DNA of 64,000 bases from Mobula hypostoma. Lineage: Eukaryota. The DNA lies in NCBI RefSeq assembly GCF_963921235.1, contig NC_086097.1, forward strand, positions 136,464,001-136,528,000. The letters run 5' to 3'. Position numbers and translations under genes: made by a program. The notes beneath the pieces were generated by a model that had not been told where the DNA came from, searched no databases, and saw only the letters and a program-made list of their open reading frames with translations. Every line of letters begins with the position of its first letter. The first letter of the stretch is position 1. This document shows positions 24,606-38,345 of the stretch, one piece after another.

Positions 24606-27459
24606 TTAGTCCCACTGCCCTGCCTTCTCACCATAACCTTTGATGCCCTGGCTACTCAGATACCTATCAATCTCTGCCTTAAATACACCCAATGACTTGA
24701 CCTCCACTGCTGCCCGTGGCAATAAATTTCATAGATCCACCACCCTCTGACTAAAAAAATTTCTTCGTATTTCTGTTCTGAAAGGGCGCCCTTCAATCCT
24801 GAAGTCATGCCCTCTCGTACTAGACTCCCCCATCATGGGAAACAACTTTGCCACATCCACTCTGTCCATGCCTTTTAACATTCAAAATGTTTCTGTGAGG
24901 TCTCCCCTCATTCTTCTAAACTCCAAGGAATACAGTCCAAGAGCGGACAAACGTTCCTCATATGTTAACCCTCTCATTCTCAGAATCATTCCAGTGAATC
25001 TTCTCTGTATCCTCTCCAACGTCAGCACATCCTTTCTTAAATAAGGAGACCAAAACTGCCCACAGTACTCCAAGTGAGGTCTCACCAGCGCCTTATAGAG
25101 CCTCAACATCACATCCCTGCTCCTATACTCTATTCCTCTAGAAATGAATGCCAACATTGCATTCGCCTTCTTCACTACCGACTCAACCTGGAGGTTAACT
25201 TTAAGGGAATCCTGTACCAGGACTCCCAAGTCCCGTTGCATCTCAGAACTTTGAATTCTTTCCCCATTTAAATAATAGTCTGCCCGTTTATTTTTTCTGC
25301 CAAAGCGCATAACCATACACTTTCCAACATTGTACTTCATTTGCCACTTCTCTGCCCATTCTTCCAATCTATGCAAGTCTCTCTGCAGACTCTCCGTTTC
25401 CTCAGCACTACCGGCCCCTCCACCTATCTTCGTATCGTCAGCAAATTTAGCCACAAAGCCATCTATTCCATAATCCAAATCGTTGATGTACAATGTAAAA
25501 AGAAGCGGCCCCAACACTGATCCCTGTGGAGCACCACTGGTAACTGGCAGCCAACCAGAATAGGATCCCTTTATTCCCACTCTCTGTTTCCTGCCAATCA
25601 GCCAACGCTCTATCCATGTATGTAACTTTCCTGTAATTCCATGGGCTCTTATCTTGTTAAGCAGCCTCATGTGTGGCACCTTGTCAAAGGCCTTCTGAAA
25701 ATCCAAATATACAACATCCACTACATCTTCCTTGTCTAGCCTACTGGTAATTTCCTCAAAAAGTGTAACAGGTTTGTCAGGCAGGATTTTCCTTTAAGGA
25801 ATCCATGCTGAGTTCTGCCTGTCTTGTCCTATGCCTCCAGGTACTCTGTAACCTCATCCTTGACAATCGACTCCAACAACTTCCCAACCACCGATGACAA
25901 GCTAACAGGTCTATAATTTCCTTTTTGCTTCCTTGCCCCTTTCTTAAGTAGCGGAGTGACATTTGCAATCTTCCAGTCCTCCGGAACCGTGCCAGAATCT
26001 ATCGACTTTTGAAAGATCATCGCTAATGCCTCCGCAATCTCCACAGCTACTTCCTTCAGAACACGAGGGTGCATTCCATCTGGTCCAGGAGATTTATCTA
26101 CCTTTAGCCTATTCAGCTTCCTGAGTACTTTCTCTGTCATAATTGTGACTGCACACACTTCTCTTCCCTGCCACCCTTGAGTGTCCGGTATACTGCTGAT
26201 GTCTTCCTCAGTGAAGACTGATACAAAATACTTGTTCAGTTCCTCTGCCATCTCCTCATCTCCCATTACAATTTCTCCAGTATCATTTTCTATCAGTCCT
26301 ATATCTACTCTCACCTGTCTTTTACTCTTTATATACTTGAAAAAGCTTTCTTGGTTTCCTTTTGTAAGGTTTTAAAGACTTCCCAATCCTCTGTCTTCCC
26401 ACTAATTTTTGCTTCCTTGTATGCCCTCTCTTTAGCTTTAACTTTGGCTTTGACTTCTCTTGTCAACCACGGTTGCATCCTTTTTCCACTCAAAAATTTC
26501 TTCTTTTTTGGAATATACCTGTCTTACACATTCCTCATTTCTCGCATAAACTCCAGGCACTGCTGCTCTGCCGTCTTTCTCGCCAGTGTCTCTTTCCAGT
26601 CAACTTTGGCCAGTTCCTCTCTCATGCCACTGTAGTTTCCTTTACTCCACTGAAACACCGACACATCAGATTTTGGCTTCTCTTTTTCTAATTTCACAGT
26701 GAACTCAATCATGTTATGATCACTGCCTCCTAAGGGTTCCTTCACCTCAATCTCTCCAGTCACATCCGGTTCATTACACAATACCCAATCCAGTACAGCC
26801 TATCCCCTAGTGGGCTCAACAACAAGCTGTTCTAAAAAGTCATCTCGCAGACATTCTACAAATTCTCTCTCTTGAGATCCAGTGCCGACATGATTTTTCC
26901 AATCTACTCGCATGTTAAAATCCCCCACAATTATCATAACACTGCCCTTCTGACAAGCCTTTTCTATTTCCAGTTGTAATTTGTAGTCCACATCCCTGCA
27001 GCTGTTTGGAGGCCTATAAATAACTGCCAGCAGGGTCCTTTTACCCCTGCTATTCCTTAGCTCAACCCATAAAGATTCTGCACCTTCCGATCCTATATCA
27101 CCTCTTTCTAATGATTTAATATCATTTCTTACCAATAAAGCCACACCTCCCCCCCCCCTGCCTACCTTCCTATCCTTCCAATACACCGTGTATCCTTGGA
27201 CGTTCAGCTCCCAGAGACATGCATCCTTTAGCCAGGTCTCAGTGATGGCCACAATATCATACCTGCCAATCTGTAGCTGTACAACAAGATTATCCACCTT
27301 ATTCCTTATGCTGCATGCATTTAAGTACAACACCTTAAGACCAGTATTTGATACTTTTTGCTTTGATTTCACTGCAACTTTTTTGCACTGCAACTCATCC
27401 CAATGGCTACACATTTGCCCCATCACCTGCCTGTCTTTCCTGACATCTTTACTGCTCAC
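24606..27459 (-). pseudogene. CR1 ORF2 (APE endonuclease plus reverse transcriptase), broken by stops, frameshifts and an internal deletion near 26350
   Basis: YLNACSIRNK, AITETWL, VGDFNM, SPGPDGMHPRVL, DFQKAFDKV, PQGSVLGP, KFADDTK. Confidence 0.92.
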
Positions 27460-27527
27460 TATCTTAGATTTATTTCTGTTTTCCCCTTCCTCTGCTCTAT
27501 CATTCCGGTTCCCATCCCCCTGCCAAA

Positions 27528-28490
27528 TTAGTTTAAACCCTCCCTAACAGCTCTATTAAACTTTCCCGCCAGGATATTGGTCCCCTTCGGGTTCAGGTGT
27601 AACCTGTCCTTTTTGAACAGGTCATACTTCCCCCAGAAGAGATCCCAATTATCCAAGAATCTGAAGCCCTGTCCCCTACACCAGTCTCTCAGCCAGGCGT
27701 TCATCTGCCTGATCCGACTACTCTTGCCCTCGCTAGCACGTGGCACAGGTAGCAATCCCGAGATTACTACCCTGGAGGTTCTGCTTCTCAGCTTCCTTCC
27801 TAACTCCTGGAAATCTCTCTTCAGGACCTCCTCCTTTGTCCTATCTATGTCATTGGTACCAACATGTACCAAGACAACTGGCTGCTCACCCTCCCCCTTT
27901 AGAATATTCAGGACCCGATCCGAGACATCCCGTACCCTGGCACCTGGGAGGCAACACACCATGCGGGTATCTCTGTCAGGCTCACAGAATCTCCTGTCCG
28001 TTCCCCTGACTATGGAATCCCCCACGACTACCGCATTTCTCTTCACCCTCCTTCTCTCCTGCACAACAGCGCCAGGCTCAGTGCCAGAGACCCGGTCACC
28101 GTGGGCATCCCCCGTCAGGTCACCCCCCTCAACAGCATCCAGAACAAGATATTTGTTGCTGAGGGGGACAGCCACAGGGGTCCTCTCCACTATCCGGGCA
28201 TTTCCCTTCCCTCTCTTGACAGTGACCCAGTGTTCTGACTCCTGTAGCCTAGGGATGGCTACTGACTCCTGTAGCCTAGGGATGACTATCTCCCTGTAGC
28301 TCCTACCTAGCACCTCTTCACTTTCCCTGATAAGCAGTTGGTCATCAAGCTGCAGCTGCAGATCCCTAACACGGTCCCTGAGGAGCTGCAACTCGGTGCA
28401 CCTGGCGCAGATGTGGCCATCAGGGAGGCTGGAAGTCTCCCAGGATTCCCACATCTGACACCCTGAACAAAGCACTAACCCTGCAGGCAT
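27528..28490 (-). CDS. CR1 ORF1p: zinc finger, coiled coil and SGNH/GDSL esterase domain; open for 320 aa
   Basis: CSGC..HICARC, VVGDSIVRG, LPGARV, HVGTND, DRLH blocks. Confidence 0.9.
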   Translation of the reverse strand: MPAGLVLCSGCQMWESWETSSLPDGHICARCTELQLLRDRVRDLQLQLDDQLLIRESEEVLGRSYREIVIPRLQESVAIPRLQESEHWVTVKRGKGNARIVERTPVAVPLSNKYLVLDAVEGGDLTGDAHGDRVSGTEPGAVVQERRRVKRNAVVVGDSIVRGTDRRFCEPDRDTRMVCCLPGARVRDVSDRVLNILKGEGEQPVVLVHVGTNDIDRTKEEVLKRDFQELGRKLRSRTSRVVISGLLPVPRASEGKSSRIRQMNAWLRDWCRGQGFRFLDNWDLFWGKYDLFKKDRLHLNPKGTNILAGKFNRAVREGLN

Positions 28491-29439
28491 GCTATCTAAT
28501 TCTACACGAATGAAACAGGAAAAATGTGTCTACTCACCCACTTACCTTGCCAAACAGACAAACTTTTTAAACTGTTAGCTGTGAGAGCCTTGCTGATTCG
28601 TCCGGGCCGACGAATATATTAATCATGGGTCTAAAATAACAAAAATTGATATAATTTGCCAATTATAAACTTGTCATGCTCACTGGCATAATAAAGTTAC
28701 CTCATTGATACACAGAAATTCTATTAATTTAAAGTTTAATGCTCAAAATAATGTCACATCTAAACCCAAAAGCTGAAGATACTGAAAGAACTGTAAGTTA
28801 TAACCTAGGTTATAGCTCCCTCCAGTGTTACTTTCAGTGACCTGCTAGAAAAAGACAATAGAAAAAGGAATAGTTTGTTGACTTATATTTGACAATGTTT
28901 AATGAACTTCGTGAAAAATTTATAGTCCAAATTGTGCTTTATGAAATTGCCAGAGAGAAATGTGCCCTCCCACCTCAAGTACAACTAACTGGAAACGAGG
29001 GATAGACATAGGCTTGAAGAAGGTTAAGAAGCTGTGGTGGAAAGATTACAAAGTCTAGGAAGGAAGGTAAATGAGAACAGCAGTAGCCCCTGCACCGTAG
29101 TGCCTTGCTTTGAATTAGATTGAGGCAAATTTCTGCCGTAACTCAATCTCCCATCCACAATGGGTGATATCAGATTCTTGAGCAGACCTCTCAGACACTA
29201 ACGACAAATTATTGATCCAACCTACATCAAACTAGCAATCTACCTCATGGTTGTCCTTGCTCTTTACTCACTGCACTTTCTCAGTAACTGTAATACTGGC
29301 TTTTGTTTTCTTTTCCTTTTTACTCCTTAAGTGTAATTATGTATGGCATGACCTCTCTGGATGGCAGACAAACAAGTTTTTTTTTACACTGTATCTCATT
29401 ACAACAATAAACCATTTCTATTTCCAATTCCATCATGGT

Positions 29440-29740
29440 TATAGTCATAAAGTTACAGACTCTTCAGCCCACTGAGGCTCTACCAACCACTAACTTACAC
29501 TAATCCTGAACTAATCCCTATTTTTTCCCCAACATTTTAATTGACTTGCACACAATTCTATCACTCACCTGTACACCAGGAGTAATTTACCTCAGAACCT
29601 GAGGCGTGGGAGGTAGCTTGAACACCCTGAGAAATCTCACATAGTCATAGTGTGTGGCTCCAGATTCCAACGCCTGCCATTGTGTCTTCTTCATGCATTA
29701 TCCGAGACTGGGATTGAACCCTGGTCCTCAGTGCTGTGGT
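29440..29740 (-). mobile_element. Degenerate V-SINE
   Basis: GGGATTGAACCCTGGTC reverse-complemented B-box and V-domain remnants. Confidence 0.5.
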
Positions 29741-29999
29741 TAATGCTCATAAACTGACAAACTCAACCAATCCCACACAACTGTGCTGCATTTTGGGGAT
29801 TATATTTTCAACTGGCCCATATCATGCAGCTTCAGCAGATTGTTTAAGGGTGTGATCTCCAGGTCTCTCCCCACCTGTGTGATAAGCAGCCTCCTGACTC
29901 CACAATCATTTTAACATTCTGTCCTCTAGTACTGGTCTCAGCCCACTAGTGGAAATAGTTTATCCACCGGTCAAGTCTTTTGATAAATCCAGAGTCTTA

Positions 30000-30535
30000 A
30001 AGGCTCCTTCCACATGTGGCATCAGTTCACTTGCACGTTTTCCAGTCAGGTGTACATGATGTGGCCTTGATTACACAGGAGAAAACAAACACAGACCAGG
30101 TATCTGCTTCACAGAACACCTTTGTCCAGTCTGAGAGGCTGACCTTGAGGTTCCAGATGCCTGTCACCTTATTTCTCCGTCCATAAGACACAAGAGCAGA
30201 ATGAGGCCATTTGGCCATTGAGCCAGCTCTGCCATTTGATTATGGCTGAATTATTATCCCTCTCAACTCCAATGTACCCCCTCTCTGAGCTCTCCCTCTG
30301 GCCTCTTACCCTGTTTCAGTGAAGCTCAACATAAACTCAAAGAAAATTACCTCATCTTCCAACTAGGCACATTACAATCCTCACCAACCAATCTTGCCAG
30401 TCTGTGACAGAAAACTCATTAAACAGTAACATTGACTCTGTGTTTCTCTCAACGGATGTTGCCTGACTTGCAGGGTATTTAGAGAACTCTCCCTAATTTC
30501 ATATTTCCAGCAGCTGGAATGTTTTGTATCCTACA
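30000..30535 (+). mobile_element. Degenerate Penelope 3' fragment with a short CR1-tail insert (~30180-30270)
   Basis: HKLKENYLIFQLGTLQ resembles RLEEQHLIFRLGSLQP; Penelope-type terminal sequence. Confidence 0.55.
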
Positions 30536-30699
30536 AGCCCAGCATTGTTTTATCACCTCCTTCTGTTTACACTTCCCCAAGAAAGATCAGCTGTGATTAA
30601 CCATCCTTCACCACCCTCTCCCAGCTAGCACCACCTCTACTTGCGACGTTTGGTCTCCCTTTGTTCTCTCCTTTTGTCCCCAACTCCACCATTTATAAC

Positions 30700-31208
30700 T
30701 AGGGTTGCTGGGACATCCCGTATATTGGGCTAAATTGGTTTGTCCCATACGGGACCACCCTTGTCCCATATTTCCCCCGCTAAGGTCGAGCATTCCTATG
30801 AAACCGTTCGTAAGCCAAAATGGCATAAAGCGTAGAAGCAATTGCCATTAATTTATATGGGGAAAAATCTTGAGCGTTCCCAGACCCAAAAAATAACCTA
30901 CCAAATCATACCAACAACACATAAAACCTAAAATAGCACTAACACATAGTAAAAGTAGGAATAATATGATAAATACACAGCCTATATAAAGCAGAAATAA
31001 TGTATGTGCAGTGTAGTTTCACTTAACAGAATCCGGAAGATTAAGTCAAAAACAATTTGTAGAAAAAAAATCGGCACATACACGCATGCGCACAAAGGTG
31101 CCCGCGCAAGGCTTCATGGTCATGGTAGTCTTTCTCGGGGTAAACACTGTCCCGTATTTGACTGCTACTTTTGTCCCTTATTTGGGAGTGAGAAAGTTGG
31201 CAACCCTA
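30700..31208. mobile_element. Non-autonomous hAT-type (Blackjack-like) MITE
   Basis: TIRs TAGGGTTGC/GCAACCCTA, imperfect 8-bp TSD TTTATAAC/ATTGTAAC, repeated subterminal GTCCCRTATTT motifs. Confidence 0.75.
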
Positions 31209-31549
31209 ATTGTAACATCTCTGACCTTCAAGTTATGAAGAAAGGTCACTGAACTGTCTCGTTATCTTCCCTATCTTTGCTAAAATGTCTCAATTAATCC
31301 TCTAAATTCCAGAGAATGCAAGCTGAGACCATGTAATTTGTACTGGTAATTTAACCCTCAGTTGTAGAATCACTCAAAGAATGCCCGATGACTGCATGAG
31401 CTGGAACAGCTTACAGTCATTGACTCATTGAGTCATACAGCATGGAAACAGGCTGTGAAATGAGCCAGTCACAGTTGTGAGTCTGGAGACATATAGAGGT
31501 CAGACTGCACTAAGGGGGAAGATGTCCAGCAATTGGAGTGTTGTCACAG

Positions 31550-32220
31550 CATCACTGTGTAATACAGCACAGAAACAGGCCGTTCAGCCTCACTCCTCCA
31601 TATCCACCAAAGTGCACATTTAATCTAGTCCCATTCACCTGTGTCCCATCCGTATCTCTCTAAATCATTTCAATCCAGGTACTTCTCCAAATGTCTTTCA
31701 AATGTCATCATTGTGCCTGCCTCAATCATTTCCTCTGGTAGTTCGTCCAATATATATACCATCTTCCTCATGAAGAAGTGCCCCTTAAATCTCTCCTAAA
31801 TCCTTCCCTTCTCAACTTAAACCAATGCCCTTTTTTATTTCATTTCTTTGGTAAAAAGATCCTGTGCATTCACTATCTATGCCCCATGATTTTATACACC
31901 TCTATAAGTTCACTTCTCAGTCCTCTATGTTCCAATGAATAAGGCCTGCCCAATCTCTCCATATAACTTCAGTCCTTGGGTCCTGAAAGAAGCAAAAGTT
32001 CTTCTTTGCACTCTTTTTAACTGAATGACTTCTTTCCTAAAACAGAGTAATGAAAACTCTACATAATACTCCAGATGAGCCCTTACTGAATGTCTTTTTC
32101 AACTGCAACACAAGATCCCATCTCCTACAGTCAATGCCCTAACAGATGAAGGCCAGCAAGCCAAATGCCTTCACCCACCTGTGGCACCAGTTTCAGGGAA
32201 CCATGTACTTGTTTCTCACA
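31550..32220 (-). mobile_element. Old CR1 3' fragment
   Basis: Homologous to the other minus-strand CR1 ends. Confidence 0.65.
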
Positions 32221-32319
32221 GTTCCAGCATTGTCATGTATTCGATGACTTCCTCTTTTCTTTGTCGGCATTTATTCCTTGATTAGAGAGCAGTCTAGTAG
32301 TCTTGTAGTGAGTGTTACT

Positions 32320-33330
32320 AACTGATAAATTGTTTTTTTATTGTCACACGTACCCAGGTATAGCAGAAAACTTTGTCTTGCATACCTTCCATACAGATTA
32401 TATCATCAAGGTGGTTCAAGGGAAAGGCAACAATAGAATGCTGACAAAAGTGTTATGAGTTGAGCCAAAGGACCTGGTTACATGCTGCATGACTCTGTGA
32501 CTCTATGAGTTGCAGAGAAAGTGCAGAGCAGGCAGACAATACAGTGCGAGCTATAATGAGGTAGATTATGAAGTCAAAATTCTATTTTATCGTTCTATGG
32601 GACCATCCAGAAGTCTTACTACTACAGGATAGAAGATGCCCTTGAGCCTGGCACTACATGCCCTAAAGCTTTTGTATCCTGAAAGGAGGAAGAAGAGAAA
32701 CTTCAGAGGTGGGCACTGGGCAGCTTGATTATGCTGGCTACTTTACCGAGGCAGCAAGAGATGCAGACAGAGTCCATGGAGGGAGACTGTTCCTTGATGT
32801 GCAGAGCTGTGTCTGCAACTCTCACCAGTGTCTTGTGGTCTCATGCAGAAAAGCTCCCATTGCAAACTGTGGAGCATATGGATGGAGTGCTCTCTATGGA
32901 ACATTTATAAAAATCAGGGCATGTCAAAGGGAACAGGCCAAATTCCCTAGTGTCCCGAGCCAGTAGAGGCACTGGTATGGTTGGACCAGGGCATGCTATT
33001 ATAGATGTTCAGGCCGAGGAACCTGAAGCTCTCTGCCCATTCAACCTCAGACAGAAACATGTGAACTGACCCCTCACCCCCATTTCCCTGAAATCAATGA
33101 CCAGCTCTTTTTGTTTTGCTGACATTGGTGTCACAAGACCATGCCACTAAGCTCTCTGTTTCCTTTTCCTTCCTGCACTCCAACTCAGCTTTATTTGAGA
33201 TTCAACCACCTACACTGGTGTCATCTGCAAACTGTAGATGGAGCTCGAGCAGGATCTGGCCACGTTGTCATGAGTGTACAGGGGGTAGAGTAGAGAGGGC
33301 TAATGACACAGCCTTGTGGGGCACCAATGT
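32320..33330 (-). mobile_element. Old Rex1/Babar fragment
   Basis: GTGTCATCTGCAAAC (FADD on the minus strand) and a Rex-like 3' region. Confidence 0.55.
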
Positions 33331-33454
33331 TAAGGAGACTAATAAGATATAGTAACAGAAGCAGGCCATCAGTCCATTGTGTCTACACCAGCATTCCATC
33401 GTGGCTCACTTATTTTTCCTCTCAATCCCATTCTCCGGTCGTCTCTCTGTAAAC

Positions 33455-33933
33455 ATTGTTTTGTGTGGTTCCATCGTTTTTTAAAAATATTTTTATTTTT
33501 TATTAAAAAACAAAAAAAAACCCACAAAAAATACAGCACATCCACAAAAACCACAACCATAACAAAATCAAACTAAATATTGAACAGCAAAAGGGAGAAA
33601 ATATAAAGGCAAAAGTAAACATACACAGCAGCGCACCAAAAAACCTCAGTCCTCACCCCGTGAGAAAGTCCAATACAGGGCCCCATATCCTTTCAAAGAC
33701 GTCCCCTCTGTCCTCATTATATAGTCTCAGTCTCCCCAAATGTAAAGTATTTGCCAGTTCTCTCAGCCACAGATTGTACATAGGCACAGAGTCCATTTTC
33801 CACATTTGCAGGATTAATTTCTTAGCAATCATCATTCCAAACAATACAGCCACTTTTTCATACATATTGGCTGAAGATAGGGAGCTTGTTACTCCAAGGA
33901 TGGCTATGAGCGGGTCTGGTTCCCACCGCTTTA
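33455..33933 (-). mobile_element. L1-clade LINE 3' end
   Basis: AKKLILQMWKMDSVPMYNLW...FERIWGPVLDFL; 13-bp TSD TCTCTCTGTAAAC/TCTCCCTGTAAAC. Confidence 0.75.
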
Positions 33934-36900
33934 TCTCCCTGTAAACTTTGATCCCCTTACTAATCAAGAACCCATCAACCTCTGCTTTAATTATACTTAA
34001 TGACTTGACCTCCACAGCCATCTGTAGCAATGAATTCCACAGATTCACCATCCTCTGGCTAAAGAAATTTCCCCCACTTCACTGTTCTAAAGGGATGTCC
34101 TGTTATACTGAAGCCACGCGCTCTGGTCCTAGACTTTCCCATTATTGGAAACATCCTCTGCACATCAACTTTACCTAGGCCTTTCAAGATTCCATGAGAT
34201 TTCCCCTCCCCTGCCATTCTTTTAAATTCTAGCCCAGAACCATCAAGTGCTCCTCATATATTAACCTTTTCATTCCCAGGATCATTCTTATAGACCTTCT
34301 CTGGATCCTTTACAAGGCCAGCACACCCTTCCCTAGATATGGGGCCAAAACCTCTTAAGGTACTCCAAATGTGATCTAACTAATGCCTTAAAAAGTTTTA
34401 GTATTATATCCTTGCTTTTAGATTCTCGCCCTCTCAAAATGAATGCTATCACTCCTTACTACCAACTCAACATGCAAGTTAAACTTTAGGGGTTCTGCAC
34501 AAGGACTGCCAAATACATTTACAACTCCAATTTATGAATTCTATTTATCCCTATTTATAAAATTGTTTATGACTTTATGCCTTCTACCAAAGTGTGTGAC
34601 TATATACTTCCTTACGTTGTATTCCACCTGACGCTTCTTTGCCAATTCTCCTAATCTGTCCAAGTCCTTCTGCAGACTCCCTGCTTCCTCAGAACTATCT
34701 GCCCCTCCACCTATCATTGCATCATCCACAAAGCCATCAATTCTGCCATCCAGATCATTAACATATAACACGAAAAGTAAAGGACCGAACACCGACCCTT
34801 GCCGAACACCACTAGTCACCAGCAACCAACTAAGAAGGTTCCCTTGATTCCCACTCTTTGCCATCTGCCAGTCAGCCAATCTTCTCTCCATGTTATTATC
34901 TTCTCTGTAATACCACAGTTTTTCAGCTTGTTTAACAGTCACATGTGCAACATTTTATCAAAGGCCTTCTGAAAGTCCAAGAAAACAACATCTATTGACT
35001 CTCCATTGTCTACCCTGCCTATTAATTCCTCAAAGAATTCCAACTGATTTATTAGACAGGACTTCCCTTTTAGGGTACCATGCTGAATTTGGCCTATTCG
35101 ATCATGTGCCTCCAGGTACCTGGAAACCTCATCCTTAATAAAATCTTGCCAACCACTGAAGTCAGGCTAACTAGCCTATAATTTTTGACATGTTGTGTAT
35201 TTAACATTTCAGTAATATTTGAGTAACATTGTAAATATGTTATTTTATTAAATATTCTTTGTGTTTATATAATCCATTATGGGTTATATATAAAAATACT
35301 TGAGTGGTATATGTCATTATGCCACCACATCATAAATGCATGCCTCACTTAAAGTAAAGATTAAATTAGGCAGACACATCTCTCGGGCTTCCTTGTTTTT
35401 CTTTCTATTAGTTTTATGCTTTAGAGTTACAAAGCATTACAGTGGCAATGAGTAAGATTGAAGATGAATCCAAGATGACTAGCTACCTGTTGAACATGTT
35501 CTTTTTTTCTTTACCAAGGGAAAAGAGACATTCAAGTTTTTTTAAAAAGCACAGCACATGGTTTCTTCAGGAAAGGAAAGATGACTGAGTTTAAAAAAGG
35601 GCAGGAAAGGGATGAATTCATGGGTTCATAAACAGTGAATACCAGATGATAATAATCATAAATTTAAAAAAAATAAATGGCTGGCTATATCGGAAAGATA
35701 GACAGGTTCAATTGGACAAAAGTCAACAGGATACTGTATATTGAGTGAATTGAACAGTGTTTTGAAGAAAATGAAATAGCCAATAAGAATTGAGTGACAG
35801 TTTTGCCAAGTGCATTGGCTGGAAAAGCATATAGTTTGCTTAGACATTTAACTGCTCCAACCAAACCAGCTGAAATGAGATTTGCTGTATCATGAACATA
35901 ATGCGAGACCATTTAGAACCAAAACCATTGATGATTGCAGAACGTTTTACATTTCATAAGTGGAATCAAAAGGAAGGGGAGCCCATTTCAACTTACGTGG
36001 CTGAATTGAAGACATTTTCTGAGCATTGTGAGTTCAGTGACAACAATGCACTGAGAAATTATTTGGTTTATGGAATCTTACAAGAAAGTATTCAAAATCA
36101 GCTCCTAACTGAAGTACAACTCACATTTAAAAGAGCAGTTGAAACTGTTGTACCAATGGAAACAGGCAGACAGACATGCAAGTAAGCTGCAGTCAGGAAC
36201 AAATGTGAGCATGAGCAAAATTGCAGCGTCTAGATGGAGGCTTGCCCTGCTGAACAAACTGTTACCATGTGGCAGGGGCTCACATACACCAGACCAATGC
36301 AGGTGTGTGATGCCACAGGAGTGTTCAAGGACAGCATTGGAAAATGCAAACATATCAAGGGCAAAATAGCATTAAATGAAAATGCGACACCCAAGTTTTA
36401 TGAAGGCTGTCCAGATCGTTATACCAACTGTGATAAAGTAGTCAGTGAGCTAGATCATATGGAGGCTGAAGGAATTTTTTTCAAGGTTGAGTGGAGCTTA
36501 TGGGCAACAGCAGTGTTCTCAGTAGTAAAAAAAGATGGATCTGCCAGGATCTGTGGTGATTTTAAGGTTACCACCAACTCCGTACTGAAAGTAGATCAAA
36601 ACCCTCTGCCCAGGATAGGGGATATCTTTGCAAACCTCTCTGGAGGGAATCACTTCAGCAAAGTGAACATACTGAGGTCTATCTACAGATGGAGATGGAA
36701 GAAGAGTCCAAAATGTTTCTCACCTTAAACACACACACACAAAGGGCTTTATCGCTATAATAGGCTTATTTTTGGAGTAGCATCTGCACCTGCACTCTAG
36801 CAGAAAGCTATGGACCAGGTGTTGCAAGGCTGCCCAGGCATCCAGTGTTACCTGGATGACATCATGGTTTCCAGTGAGGATGACAAGGAGCATCTCAAAA

Positions 36901-38345
36901 TTGCAAGACAGTGTTAAAAAGATTAGAAGGTTATGGGCTCAGAGTGTGATGCAAAGAGTGTGAATTCTTTAAACCAAGTATCACTTACTGTGGTCACACC
37001 ATTGACACACAAAGTTTACACAAGTGTGCTGAGAAAATTCAAGCAGTGGTGGATGCCACAAGACCAAAGGATGTGTTACAATTGTGGTCCTCTTTACGAT
37101 TTGTCAATTACTGTAACAGGCTCCTGCTTAACTTGGTTACTGTACTCCACCCCTTCAACTCATTTCTACAGATTGGGAAGAAATGGAAATGGACAAAGCA
37201 GTGTTTGGTGGCTTTCCAAAAGGCAGAGGAAATGGTGACGTTAGACATTGTACTCACACATTATGGTCCACATCGTCCAGTGAAGCTTATCTGTGACGCC
37301 TTGCCTTATGGTATAGATGCAGTTATGTCACGTGTTATGAGTGATGGAAGTGCATCACATTGCTTTATCGCTGCAGAGAAAGATTACACACGGATTGATA
37401 GAGAGGCCTTGAGTCTCTGGTTTGGGGTGTAAAACATCTCAACCAGTACTTGTTTGGGAGAAAGTTTACCCTCATTACTGACCATCAATCACTAGTGTCC
37501 ATTTTCAACGCACAGAAGGTTGTTCCACTAAAAGCAGCAGCACAAATGCAGAGACGGGCCCTCTTTACTGGAGGGGCACAACTACAAGATTGAATTCAAG
37601 AGGACGCCAAATCATGGAAGTGCTCATGGATTGTTCCACTTACCATTGGAAAAAGAAATACCTGAAAAGTATTCAAAAGAGTACAGTCCTCTTGATGGAT
37701 TCCTCCAATGCAAATCAAAAGTCTTCTTATTATGGCAGAGATAATCCAAAGGGAAACCAGAAAAGACCCCACACTGTCTCAAGTCTACATGGCAACCCAA
37801 AGTGGCTGGAATGTGCAGCAGAAACTCCAACCCCCCATTTCTACCAATCCCAGAATGAACTTTCCCTTGATGGGGGTTGCCTTGTGTGGGTATGAGTGTT
37901 CTTGTACCATCCAATCTGAGAGCTAAAGTGTTAAGTAGCTACATGCCAGTCACCTAGGTGTGGTCAAAATGAAAGCATTGGCTCAGAGCTTTGTCTGGTG
38001 GCCTGGGATAAATCAACAAATCGAGCAGCTTGCCATGTACTTTTTGAGATGTCAACACATGCACAAGAAAAATGTCCAGAGCTGGCAGAAACACTTTCTG
38101 CAATCCCAGAGTCAATTCATACAACCACCATGGAGGAGACCTCAAAACCTGTGATTGTTTCACAACCACAAGTCTCACCTGCCAAGCAGAGTGACTTTCT
38201 TCGTCAGGGAAGGCGTAGTCCCACAAGAGTAAGAAATCCTCCACAGATGTTAAATCTTTAGACTGATTGGGACAAATTAAAATTTTCAGTGCTGTGGATG
38301 TCTATATAGTAGTTGTATTATATAGTATACTGAATATATGTATGC

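Larger units (their letters stand above)
24492..28612 (-). mobile_element. Near full-length CR1 LINE with (CTTATGGT)n tail
   Basis: ORF1 followed by endonuclease/RT ORF2, in order; tail reads GACCATAA x4 at 24493-24524; 5' boundary approximate. Confidence 0.95.

Noticed and set aside
27577..28299. 240-aa plus-strand ORF
   Set aside because: Antisense shadow of CR1 ORF1.
28752..28799. ATG...GTAAGT mini-exon (MSHLNPKAEDTERT)
   Set aside because: AT-rich context, no recognisable peptide and no supporting promoter or acceptor; likely chance.
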